From Octopus vulgaris (lineage: Eukaryota): 64,000 nt of DNA. The notes beneath the pieces are model-generated. The model did no database searches, was not told the origin of the DNA, and worked only from the letters and a program-made list of their open reading frames with translations. The DNA is taken from NCBI GenBank assembly GCA_951406725.2, contig OX597828.1, positions 49,228,001 through 49,292,000 of the forward strand, read 5' to 3'. Made by a program: the position numbers and the translations under genes. Shown here in pieces: positions 50,599 to 64,000 of the stretch; position 1 is the first letter of the stretch, and each line of letters opens with the position of its first letter.

Positions 50599-50966
50599 AA
50601 TGGTTCCGGGTTCAGTCCCACTGCGTGGCACTTTGGGCAAGTGTCATCTACTATAGCCTCGGGCCAACCAAAGCCTTGTGAGGGGATTTGGTAGACGGAA
50701 ACTGAAAGAAGCCCGTCATATATATGTATATATATATATGTGTGTGTATATGTTTGTGTGTCTGTGTTTGTCCCCTCCAACATCACTTGACAACCGATGC
50801 TGGTGTGCTTACGTCCCCGTAACTTAGCGGTTCGGCAAAAGAGACCGATAGAATAAGTACTAGGCTTACAAAGAATAAGTTCTGGGGGTCGATTTGCTCG
50901 ACTAAAAAGGTGGTGCTCCAGCATGGCCACAGTCAAATGACTGAAACAAGTAAAAGAGTAAAAGAG
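50599..50966 (+). mobile_element. SINE family A copy, 5'-truncated
   Basis: Starts at atggttccgggttcagtccc and is otherwise colinear with family A. Confidence 0.82.
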
Positions 50967-52532
50967 AGAGAGAGTAATGCTCAAACCCCAGATTGGCATC
51001 AATCTGTGATGTTTTCCAATGCCTTCATCTAATATCGGTTCAAGATTTCTGCCAAGGCCAGTGTTGCCTTTCTTCCTACCTTTCGGGGATTGATAAAATA
51101 AGTACCAGTTGCGCACTGGGGGTTGATGTAATCAACTAGCCCACTTGCATTAAGTTTCAGGCCTTGTGCCTATAGAAGAAAGGAATATTGGTCAGAGAAG
51201 GATGTACTAAGTACAAAGTACACTACTCTCTTTCAGGAGGGTTCCCAACTTCGATGGTTCCATTTTCCTCCCACATTCTCTCCAAACTTAGCTTGGCCCT
51301 CAAAGACACATTTCATGGATAAATGAGATAAACATATATAGTATTGGGTACACCATAAGGAGTTCCTTTCTAAATGTTTGTTGATCATGTTGTTGGGTAT
51401 GGGGTGGAGGAATTGTTTACTTCCTCCAGTGGACAACAATACAGTTTGCAACAAAAATAATTCTTTAGAACTGACTGCCCACCACCACCCCTCCTCTTCT
51501 TCTCCACCCCAACACCAGTTTTATCACTTGGTGTGGGAGAGAGGGAGTGTATGTGTGTGTGTGTGTAGTAGTGCTATTATAGGAATGTGTGTATATTTGT
51601 ATGTATTTATGTAGTTGTCTGTGTGTATGTATGGATCAAGGCCAGCATCATTAAAGAGACAGAGGGTATCAGTGACCTTCAAAGACAGAAAACAATGTTT
51701 GGTCAACTGGATCGGGCAAAGTTATGTCATTACATGATTGCTGGAGGAAGGAAGAAAGATTATTATCATCATTCATCATCATTATTAATTATTCAGACAG
51801 CAAGCAGGCAGACTCGTTAGCACACTGGGCAAAATTCTAAGTGGCATTTCATGTATCTCTACATTCTGAATTCAAATTCTGCCTTTCATCCTTTTGGGGT
51901 CAATAAAATAAGTACCAGTTGAATACTGAGGTTGATGTAATTGACTCATTCTCTTCCCACAAAAATTGCTGCCCTTGTGGCAAAATTTGAAACCACTATC
52001 CTGGCTGGTTCAATTTAATTATTCAGACAGCAAGCAGGCAGACTCGTTAGCACACCAGGCAAAATTCTAAGTGGCATTTCATGTATTTCTACATTCTGAA
52101 TTCAAATTCTGCCTTTCATCCTTTTGGGGTCAATAAATTAAGTACCAGTTGCATACTGGGGTCAATCTAACTGAGTGGCACCCTCCCCCTAAATTTCAGG
52201 CCTTGTATCTATAGCAGAAAGGATTATTAAACCACTATTATTATTATTGTTATTATTATCATTAGGCAACAAGCTAGCAGAAATGTAAGCATGTTGGATA
52301 AAAACATTTCTCCTGACACTTGACATTCCAAGTTCAAATCTTGCTAAGGTTGACTTGGTCATTGATCCTTCCAGGGTCAATAAAATAAAGTATCAGTCAA
52401 GTACTAGGGTCAATATAATTGACTAATTCCCTTCCCCCTAAATTTGCTGGCTTTCTACCAAAATTTGAAACTATTAATATTTTCATCACCATCATCATCA
52501 TCACTAAACAATGATGGAAGAAAGGGATAATG

Positions 52533-52564
<32 letters not shown>

Positions 52565-54942
52565 TACTATTATTATTAGTGCTACTACAACTACTAAACT
52601 GTCATGGAGATAGTTTGTATTCATTGAAATATTATGGAAATTTCTTGTGGAGTTCATTATTTATACGATGTAAGACAAAAAAAATTATTCAAATAGAAAA
52701 CAGAACAAAACAAAAAAAAACCCACATTGCTTTTGAATGTAATTGTTGAAGCGACAGACATCTTAGAAAGTTATCGATTTTCACCAATGATAAACACACA
52801 GAATTCACTGAGACAGTCTAGTTTGATGAGGAAACGTATGATTAGTGGAGCAGAAGACAACAGCGGACAATAGGAACTGGCAGAATTGTGAATATTTTGG
52901 TCTAATTACTGGAAGAAACATGGAAAAACACCTCAGCACAATGGCATCGTTTTATGTTTCATAGTAGAATGTTTGAATTTAAAGACTAAAATAAAGAGAT
53001 TATGTATTCTAACACCAATCCACTAACGCCCTCCACTTCTCCACACTAAACTCAGCAGATGAGCAGTATTTCTGAGAATGGTTTGTTTCGATAAAATATA
53101 AGAATACCAGACTCTATGAGAGATAAAGGAAGGGCAATAGTTTTGGATAGTTGAAAATGACTGAAGAGAGACAGACAGACAGAAGGAGGGAGAGAGAAAG
53201 ACAGAGAGATAACAAGGTGCTTTAATGACAAAGAAAAATTGTGTCAGTTCATTTGAAAGATTTGAGATAAGAAGTGAATTTAAAGGGGAAACAATAAAAT
53301 TTTGAGAAGTCACAGTTTTATGGTGATGTCATTTCTAAAGTTTAGCTGAGCATGGGAATCAAAACAGAGGCTGGACATCACGCATGCAGGATGTACTTAA
53401 GGTTAAAATAGCCATTAACACAACACAATTAGTATTCGGGTTTTCTTAAAACTTAAATTTTCCCACAAACAAAAATGTTGTCGAATTTTTTTCTTTCTTG
53501 TTTTCACTTGTTCAACTCTTGTTGAACAAATGGGAACTAAAGCAGGAAGAGGTCGTTTAAGTTAACATTTGGGGGCTAGAGATGCTCCCAGCATGGTTTT
53601 AACTGTAATAGACAAAAAATAAAGAATATTGGTAACTTTTATGTAACATAGTTCCTAACTAAGGTCTTGGGTTCAGTCCCATTGCATGGTACTTTAACCC
53701 TTTCGCATTTAAACTGGCCATATCCAGCGCCAAATATTCTACTTGTTTTCTGTTAAAACCACCCGGATCTGACCTCTCCACAATCAATTTACAATGTCAT
53801 TCTAAAAATAAACAATTACATTGCAAACTGAAAGCTACAAGATAATGCATAATTAATTGAAAGCAACAGGAATAAATAAGCATTATATTTGATAGAGTAA
53901 TCTGAATGTTAATGAGTTAAGCAAATGTCTTCTCTTATAACCCCAGGCTGGCCAAAAGCCATGTGATCTGGTAGACAGAAACTAAAAGAGGTGAGCTGGC
54001 AGAAACGCTAGCACGCCAGGCGAAATGCTTAGCGGTTTTTCATCTGCTATTACATTCTGAGTTCAAATTCCGCTGAGGTCGACTTTGCCTTTCATCCTTT
54101 TGGGGTGGTCGATTAAATAAGTACCAGTTACGCACTTGCAAGAAAAGGACTCACCCACCAATCAAAGAACCAATTGCGTGATGTTACTGCATGGTACCTA
54201 CATTACTACTGAATGTGATTAAGGAGTGAAAGCTTGGAAGAAATGAGGTGAGCATAGTTCACGGGCTGTGAAATATTAGTATGAATGAAAGCAAATGAGA
54301 CTAAATGAGTTAAAAGAATAAACTGGGCAGGAATGAGATGCTGCAGAGCTTAACCCTTTAGCATTTAATCCGGCTATATCAGGCTTAAATATTCTACCTG
54401 TTTTATGTCTGAACTGGCCAGGTCTGGCCTCTTACACCTATCCTACAATGTCATTCTATAAACGAAAAAAATCACATCATTGAAATTTCAAAGCTACAAG
54501 ATAAGCCATGATTAATTCAAAGCAATGTGAATTAATAAGCACTACAAGTGACGAAGGATTCTGAATGCTAACGGGTTAGAAAGACTAATGAATTGGTATG
54601 AGTATATGGTGTGTTTGGAGACTGAGGATTGGATGAAGAAGTGCCAGGAGATGAAATACAAGTGGAAGGAAACAATGGAAGAGAAAAACAAAGGAGGAAA
54701 GGAGTGGAAATTGAATTCAGGAAACTGAACACTTCACAAAGGAGATGGCAAAGAACAACAACAGATTGTGAAACTCTGTTCTTGAACAGATGAGATGATG
54801 ATACCAACAGTTTCACTTATATATGCATGTATGTATACATATATATATATATTATATATGTATATATATATTCCTTGGGTTCACTTCATCTGTGTGAACA
54901 CTCTTTGACAATGGACTTCCAAGGTACATACATACATACATA

Positions 54943-55887
54943 CAGGGTGGGGCTGAGAGGACGGACGTTTTTGAAATGGCTATTACTCAGTCCCAAGAGG
55001 AGGGACATACGTCCAACAGGTACCATTTGGTCTGTGGTGTCTTAGCATTTTCTTTCAGGTGAAACCACGGTGCTGTGGATAATAGAGCATTGTGTGTTTG
55101 CCTATGACAGTTACATGAAGAATAACAAGTCTGTCACAGCAGTTCAACATGAGTTTCAGTGCCACTTCAACATTCACCAAAATCAGGCTGTTCCCACCCA
55201 TAATACAATCTTATGTTGGGTGAATGCACTTCATACATGAGGTACACTAACCCTTTCGTTACTGTATTTATTTTGAGATGCTCTGTGTTTCTTTCAATTA
55301 TTTTAAATATAACAAAGAAATTTAGTAAAATAATTTAGTTATCATTAAGCAAGTATTAGGAATATAAATTGCGACTAAGGTTTGGTGGTATATTTTGATG
55401 CAAAACTTATGAAAACAAGACATTTGTATTACAGAGCCAGAGCCGGTTTTGGCCGGGTTGGTAACGAAAGGGCTAAAGGATAAGAGACCAGTGGGGGCGC
55501 CACGAATGGTAAGGACCCCAGAAAATGTGGAACATATCAGACAAGCTTTGATATGGAGTCTGAATCACTCTGCTCGGAGATATTGGTAAGGCATATTTTG
55601 CATGAAGCCTGCATTTCCACCCGTACAAATTGGTCATTGGGCAACAGTTGAAACCATGGGACTATGCACAGAGCAATGTTGGAGAGAGAGGAGGCCAACT
55701 TTCAAGAATGCCTTCAGAAATGCATCAATGAAGACAGACACCACATGATTGATGTTGTTTTTCAAATTTGATTTCGACAAATGCTAATTCAATATGAACA
55801 AATTGATGTCAATAAAATTTGTTCGCAGCTAAAATTAATGATTTTTGTGTATTTTTCAAAAACATCCATCCTCTCTGCCCCACCCTG
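54943..55887 (+). mobile_element. Internally deleted Tc1/mariner DNA transposon with a transposase pseudogene
   Basis: 34-bp TIRs cagggtggggctgagaggacggacgtttttgaaa (3 mismatches), TA on the left flank. Remnant translation WIIEHCVFAYDSYMKNNKSVTAVQHEFQCHFNIH...RTPENVEHIRQAL...HFHPYKL; the catalytic domain is deleted. Confidence 0.85.
55251..55472. mobile_element. Second piggyBac-type MITE family, nested in the mariner remnant
   Basis: TIRs ccctttcgttac / gtaacgaaaggg; duplicated CTAA (55247-55250, 55473-55476). Removing it restores the frame GTLKDKR. Confidence 0.85.
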
Positions 55888-56197
55888 CACATACATAAAT
55901 ACAGGCAGGCAGGCAAATGGATAGATAGATAGATAGATGCAGAGTATGACTGAATGATGAAGAAGTTCATTTCACAACCACAGGGCCTGGGTTCCACTGC
56001 ACAGCACGACAACTTGGGCAAGTGGCATTGTCACTGTGTGTGTGAAACCAGGTAGAGAGAAACTGCACAGAAGTTCATCAGGTAAGAAGGTACCTGTAAT
56101 TCAAATAGGTACACCCTTGACATGCACAGAAAATAACATTAAAGGGAGACATGTCTGTGGGATATTCAACCACTTACGCATTCATTCATTCAGTTGA

Positions 56198-56598
56198 GGA
56201 GGAGTCGCTGTGTGGTAAGTAGCTTGTTTACCAACCACATGGTTCCGGGTTCAGTCCCACTGCATGGCACCTTGGGCAAGTGTCTTCTACTATAGCCTCG
56301 GGCCGACCAAAGCCTTGTGAGTGGATTTGGTAGATGGAAACTGAAAGAAGCCCGTCGTATATATGTATGTATATATATATATATGCGTGTGTGTGTTTGT
56401 GTGTCTGTGTTTGTCCCCCTAGCATTGCTTGACAACCGATGCTGCTGTGTTTATATCCCCATTACTTAGCGGTTCGGCAAAAGAGACTGATAGAATAAGT
56501 ACTGGGCTTACAAAAGAATAAGTCCTGGGGTCGAGTTGCTCGACTAAAGGCGGTGCTCCAGCATGGCCGCAGTCAAATGACTGAAACAAGTAAAAGAG
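56198..56598 (+). mobile_element. SINE family A copy, full length
   Basis: Colinear with 671-1086. Confidence 0.85.
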
Positions 56599-57169
56599 AC
56601 TGAATCCTTATCGTCAAATGACAGAGAGCCACCATCACACAAACACATGTAAATGCACACACGCACACGCATGCGTGCACACACGCAAACACACACAGTG
56701 ATAACATATGTAAATGAGTGTGTATACGTGTGTGCATTTGTATGTATGCTTATTTTTGTTGTCTAAACAATTAAATAGACAGCCACTAGGTAAAAATACA
56801 AATAACTTTTCATGATTATTTAATTTACTTCCAGAGAAAAGATGCATTTATTTTTTTTTAATTATTCAGCATTTAAATGAGATTTAGTTAAAATAGATAA
56901 TTAACTGATTAAAACTGTCCATGTATTTTCATAATCTACTTAGAGGTGGTGATTGATGTGATGGTGGCAGTGGTGGTGGTCGTGGTGGAGTGAGATTTAA
57001 GAACATTACATATCACTGCAATGACTCAGCCTTTTGTACTGCAACTTTCAAAACTACAAATTCATAAAAAAAAAAAAGACCATCATCATCATCATCACTA
57101 CAAATGATTAACGTTGTTGCTTTCATCATTGTCAGTACTATCATTGTTGTTGTCGTTATTTATTATTAT

Positions 57170-58394
57170 AGCAGTGAGCAGGCAGAACTGGTTAACACGC
57201 AGGACAACAAAAATGCTAAGTAGCATTTTTGTTATGCCTTTAAGATTTGGAATCCAAATTCCACCAAGGTGAACTTTGCTTTTCATTCTTTCAGAGTCAA
57301 TAAAATTAGTACCAGAGGAAAAGTAGGGTCAGTGTAATCAACTAATCTCCTCCCAGAAAATTACTGACCTTATGTCAAAATTTGAAAACATCATTATTTT
57401 CATTATTATTATCATTATTATCATCATCATCATCACCACCACCATCATCATTATTACTATTATTAGGTTTTCTCCTTTCAATTTTGCTTCCATTTCTTGT
57501 CGAGTGTCTTCCTGACACCTAGAGCAAAGAAACTCACTGTATACATTGAAACACCGTTAAAATAAACACACCAGACATAATGAAATGATGTTATGTAGGA
57601 AAAAAAAATTATTTACATGGTTTACTTCTCACAGCGACAAAATCCTTCTCAAAACGTATGACATAGCAGTTAAAACAATCTTTTGCACTTCTTACAAGGA
57701 TAGTAAGCCAGGGGTCATTCTCAGATTATTATTAAAGTAGTGAGAGGGCAGAATTATTAGCACATTGTTCCATCCGCTGTTATAATCTGAGTTCAAATTC
57801 TGCCGAGGTCGACTTTGCCCTTCATCCTTTCAGGGGTCAATAAAACAAGTACCAGTTGAACACTGGTCTCGATGTAATCAACCCATTCCCTCCCCCAAAA
57901 TTGCTGGCCTTGTGCTAAAATTTGAAATCATTATTATTATTATTAATGTGGCAAGCTTGCAGAATCGTTAGCGGTATTTCATCTGTCTTTAGGCTCTGAC
58001 TTCAAATTCTGCCGGGGTTGACCTCGCTTTTCATTCTGTCATGGTTGATAAAAAATAAGTACCAGTTGAGTACTGAGGTCGTGCGGTCGATGTAGTCGAC
58101 TTGCCTCATCCCCCCAAATTTCAGGCCTTGTGCCTATTGTAGAAAGGATTATTATTATTATTATTATTGTTATTATCATTATTAAGGCAGTGAGCTGGTA
58201 GAATCATTAGCACATCAGGCAAAATGCTTAACTGTATTCCGCCCATCGTTACATTCTGAGTTCAAACTCCACCAAGGTCGACTTTGCCTTTCATCCTTTC
58301 AGGGTCAATAAAATAAGTACCATTTGAACACTGGTGTCGATGTAATCAAATCAGCCCTTCCCTCAAAATTGCTGGCCTTGTGGCAAAATTTGAA

Positions 58395-58435
<41 letters not shown>
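57170..58435 (+). mobile_element. Cluster of four SINE B copies linked by (ATT)n
   Basis: Repeated ttcaaattc...tttcatccttt...aagtacca units. Confidence 0.8.
57461..57725 (-). mobile_element. 3' end of an R4/Dong-like (restriction-like endonuclease) LINE
   Basis: Translates to PGLLSL*EVQKIVLTAMSYVLRRILSL*, followed by a UTR ending in (TAA)n-like sequence. Confidence 0.5.
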
Positions 58436-60301
58436 AATCTAGGTGGACGGGGTTTAGACATGTTACAAAGCAGCAGTAAATGCCCTCAAATATTCAGTCC
58501 CTTTTTTTTTTGTATGTTCTAATTTTAAATCTAACAAGGAATAGGTCAGGAGGTAGCAGTGGGGGGGTGTGGCAGGGTGATGTTTTTCCCTTCCAAACTT
58601 CTCAAATTAATTAAGTAATTATTAGTCACACACAAATTAATTAATAATTAGTCATATGCAAATAACATTACAAAGTTGTGGCAACATGCCAATGTTACAA
58701 AACATTAGTTTCGCAACTAATAAGCAATTAACAGATTAAAAATTATCAACAAATTCACAACTTTATAACAAGTGGAGGAGAGTAGGTAGATTTGCTGGAG
58801 CAGCAGACAAAATGCTTTGGAGCATTTATTCTGACACTCTGTACTCTGAGTTCAAATTCTGCTGAGGTCAACCTTTTTTTTTTTTTCTTCATTTTGGGGG
58901 TTGATAAAAAGAAAGCACCAAATTGTCATGGTGGATTGGTGGAACTATAGGAACATGGGATTGGATGCCTTGTGGTATTTGTTTGGGATTTTTTTTTGTG
59001 CTTTGAGTCCAAATCAGGTGGTAAACTTAATACAATAACCTGATACCTTCCGTAATTTTAATGGAGCCCCATCTGCCAGAAGGATGACAACCCTCCTTCC
59101 AATCAGTCATGGAAGTCCTGTCAACCTGCCACTAAAAACCCCACCATATGGTTCCAGGTTCAGTCCCACTGTATGGCACCATGGGCAAGTGTCTTCTACT
59201 ATAACCGCAAGCTGACCAAAGCCCTGTGAGTGGATTTGGTAGACGGAAACTGAAAGAAGCCTGCTGTATATATATGTGTGTATCTTTGTAACCACCTCAC
59301 CACTTGACAACCAGTGTTGGTGTGTTTGTGCCCCTGTAACTTAGTAGTTCGGCAAAAGGAGACCAATAGAATAAGTACCAGGCTTAAAAAATAAGTACTG
59401 ATTTATTTGACAAAAGAAAAAAAACGAAAATAAATCAAGGCGGTGCCCCAGCATGGCCACAGTCTAATTATAGAAACAAGTAAAAGAAAAAACAAACAAA
59501 ACCAACAAGTTTCACATTAGTCACACTAAATGCATTTTTGTAATATATACTAAGGTGGTAAGTTGGTTGCATCGTAATCATGCCAGGAAAAATGCTCAGT
59601 AGCTTTTCGCCCATCTTTATATTCTGAGTTCAAATTCTTCCAAAGTCAGCTTTGCTTTTCATCCTTTAGGAATCAATAAAATAAGTACCAGTTATGTACT
59701 GGGGATCGATTTGATTGATTTAGCCCTTCCCCTGAACTTGCTGGTCTTGTGCCAAAATTTGAAGCCAATATTAGACATATATAAGGTGGTGAGTGAGCTG
59801 GTAGAGCCATTAGCAAACTGGACAAATTGCTTTGTGGCACTTCTCTTGATTTTTTACATTCTCAGTTCAATTGCTGCTGAGGTCAACCTTGCTTTTCATC
59901 CGTTAGGAGCAATAAAATAAGTACCAATTGCAAACTAGGGCTGATGTAATCGAGTAGTCCCCAGCTCCCAAATTTCAGGCTTTGTATCTACTACAATGGA
60001 CAGAAATATTACCCATCTCTATAATTCTAATAAAGAACTCTGTCTATGCCATGTTCTTGAAATCATCTTTTTATTCTGTTTTATTGTTCTCAATACAAAC
60101 TAAACTCTATTTACTCACAATATTGACCGTTCTCGTGTACAAACGAAATATAAGATTCCTAATCTCTTTGTTCACTGTTGAGTCTGGCTGGTTGAATAGT
60201 GACTAACTTGATCACAATATCCAATACCACAGCATTAATAACAGGTTCTAAGAGAGTGGGTGGAGCATAGAGGTACCACTGTGGCTTCACTGTCTGTACA
60301 T

Positions 60302-61250
<949 letters not shown>

Positions 61251-61626
61251 TTGGGGAGAGACAGAGGGAGCCAGTATTTGTGTATGGTGGCAGATGTCAC
61301 TCAAATAGGCAGATGTTTGAATATCCATAAATTATTTAAAAATACTGACAGAAATGAAGACCTCACTGCAAAGCATGACCGTGACATTTCTGTTTAACCT
61401 GGCAACCAATTTTTTCAAAGGATATTGATTGACAGGGAAACGAAAGATTAAGAACAAGAAAGTGTTTCCAACAGACACTTCAGACCCAATGTTATGCAGA
61501 AATACTGCAAGTTAATATAAAAGATGAGATCTGGTTTCATTCAGATCTTCCTGGGTTAGCTAGGTCTACAACTCCATCAATCAAATATTAGGGTTCATGG
61601 CATCAGTTAACACCACTCCCCTTAAA

Positions 61627-61935
61627 ATTATTATTATTATTATTGATTTGACTCAGGTTCAGTCTTATTACTGGTAGGATTTATGTGGGTAGCGGTGCTA
61701 CTACCTGTAACTTTAGGTATCCACTAGCTTTCAATAGTCTTTCAAATGCTTAAGGCCCTCCTGATAATCTTTCCCGTCCCTGAGAGGTAAATTTTCTGTA
61801 GAAGCTCTACAGGACATTCTATTCCAATCTCCTTCGACCATTTATCTATACCTTTGCTTATAGTTCCCAATGCACCAATTATTATAGGTACAACCTTTAT
61901 AATTTTCATATTCCAAATTCTTGCAATTTCAAGGG
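61627..61935 (-). mobile_element. 3' end of an R4/Dong-like LINE with (TAA)n tail
   Basis: LEIARIWNMKIIKVVPIIIGALGTISKGIDKW...LLQKIYLSGTGKIIRRALSI* matches the VPIxIGALG...LQK...GT..I.R..L terminus of RLE-bearing non-LTR elements. Confidence 0.75.
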
Positions 61936-61978
61936 ATTGCATTTTTGGCAGAATTGTCAGAGCATTAAACAAAATATT

Positions 61979-62231
61979 CTGTTGTGTCTAAGGAAAGTCA
62001 TTTTCTTTTTGTGCCTTATAATTTAACACACTCACCGGTAAAATAGCCACTTTTTCCTTATTTTTATTTTCCTAAAATAGTCTTGACTATTGAAAAGGTT
62101 GCAAGACACAATGGAAATTTTAGGAAAATAAAAATAAGAAATAAGTGGAAAATGACTCTCCCCAGACACAACAGAATATGCTTCAACACACCAACTCATA
62201 TAAAGAATCTTGCGAACCGAATTAAAAAATG
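61979..62231. mobile_element. P2 element, second copy, with internal deletions
   Basis: Same centre atagtc-tt-gactat and same tail; exact 12-bp TSD AAACAAAATATT (61967-61978, 62232-62243); decayed hammerhead-like motif at 62087-62123 (+). Confidence 0.8.
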
Positions 62232-62795
62232 AAACAAAATATTGTCATTTTTACTGCATTTCTTCTTTTTTAGTGAGTTGAAATCCTACCAAGGTCACCT
62301 TTGCCTTTCAGGGTACCCTTCAAGTACTGGGGTGGGGGTGGAGGGTCAATGCTCCTTACTCCACTGCTAGAAACTGTTATTATTATTATCATTATTTTAT
62401 TAGAACCATTACTTTTTCACAATATTCTATGAGTCTTCATTAATTACACTGTGTATTCACTGCATAACTGAGTAAACTTCCACAAACCTCACTCGAAATA
62501 TAAACACGTTTAGTATTAACTGCTGGAAACAAGGTACTCAATATCGTGCTAAAGATTAAAGATATTCATTTTGGTCAAGTGAGCTTCTTTCTATAAAACT
62601 AGTTTTTAAACATCCAATGGCTATGGGGGTTCACCAGAATAAACTAATGATCAAAAGGTTCCTTAGATAAAAAAAATTAAAAATTGGTTGAGGACCACTG
62701 CCCTGGAATTTGTATGTCTGTGTGTCCTTTTATTTCACCCATTACACCTATACTAAATGACAAACTCCCTGAGTGTAGATTCTTGCAACCTGTAT

Positions 62796-63019
62796 ACTCT
62801 TTACTCCTTTACTGGTTTCAGTCATTTGACTGTGGCCGTGCTGGGGCACCACCCCCAGTCGAGCAAATCGACCCCGGGACTTATTCTTTGTAAGCCTAGT
62901 ACTTATTCAATCAGTCTCTTTTGCCGAGCCGCTAAGTGATGGTGACGTAAACACACCAGCATCGGTTGTCAAGTGATGTTGGGGGGGACAAACACAGACA
63001 CACAAACATATACACACAC

Positions 63020-63078
<59 letters not shown>

Positions 63079-63239
63079 GACGGGCTTCTTTCAGTTTCCG
63101 TCTACCAAATCCACTCACAAGGCTTTGGTCGACCCGAGGCCATAGTAGAAGACACTTGCCCAAGGTGCCACGCAGTGGGACTGAACCCGGAACCATGTGG
63201 TTGGTAAGCAAGCTACTTACCACACAGCCACTCCTACGT
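62796..63239 (-). mobile_element. SINE family A copy, full length
   Basis: Reverse complement of family A with an expanded internal (TA)n tract. Confidence 0.85.
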
Positions 63240-64000
63240 ATATTTATTAAAAATTTTTTTTTTTTTTTTTTACATTTAGATAAATGATACTGCTGGTTCC
63301 TTCAGACATATAATTGTCATCTGTTTGCATTAATAAATCTATTTGTAGACATTTTATTGTTTGATGGACTATAATCGTTATCTGCTAATATAATTGGCAG
63401 CGTGTCTCTATCTCCAGCTCTCTCTGTTTACCAAATCCCATGACATCTATATCAAAGTCAATTAGTTGCTATGATATTTTCTCTCTACATTTTTCATCAA
63501 ACCAGTGACAACCAAATACTGAGTTAGAAGTCTACGTTGCAGCCTTAGCTATCTGTGCAGGGAGGCTGTAGAGGTACTCTTATACTTCAACATTACATAT
63601 GAATGTGTGCATGTGTGTGTGTGTATATACGTGCATGTGTGAGTGTACATATATAAATATACTGTGTGTGTACCTCAATATTTATTAAAGGTGAAACATA
63701 CATTTCATCTAATTGACTCGTTACAGTTTGCCACAAGCAATTAACTAAAGAAGTGAACATTTATCACCTGTGGAGTAGCGACAGGTATACTCTAGCAATA
63801 GTAGTAATAGTCCTTTCTATTATAGGTGCAAGGCCTAAATATTAGGGGAAGAGGTTAGTCAATCACATGGACCCCTCCCCCAGTATTTAACTGGTACTTA
63901 CTTTATCGGCCTCAAAAGAAAGAAAGGCAAAGTTGACCCTGGCAAATTTTGAATTCAGAACATGAGGACGGCCGAAATACTACCAAGCACTTTGTCTAGC

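Overview
AT-rich, microsatellite-dense animal genomic DNA. The repeat families and the (TA)n/(TG)n/(ATT)n load suggest an octopus-type cephalopod genome (inference from pattern recognition, no search run). One host gene is supported: a ~4.3 kb terminal coding exon of a ZNF608/ZNF609 (Drosophila scribbler/brakeless) orthologue on the minus strand (30413->26129). Its upstream exons are not visible in the remaining ~33.5 kb. The rest is mostly transposable elements: at least four tRNA-headed SINE families (my labels A, B, D, H), a (GAT)n-tailed family C, decayed RTE, CR1 and R4/Dong-like LINE fragments, a deleted Tc1/mariner, and piggyBac- and hAT-type MITEs, often nested, with readable target-site duplications (TSDs). 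The most notable signal is two short non-coding element families (P1 at ~15.7 and ~21.8 kb; P2 at ~20.8 kb, ~62 kb and the window start). Both are head-to-head inverted repeats with a one-sided 3' extension, and each carries a minimal type-I hammerhead ribozyme motif, the architecture of Penelope-like elements. P1 also has a tRNA-like head remnant; P2 has a U3-A8 variant core. Nearly all other ORFs in the track are microsatellite or SINE artefacts. All alignments were done by eye, so repeat boundaries are approximate unless a TSD is given.
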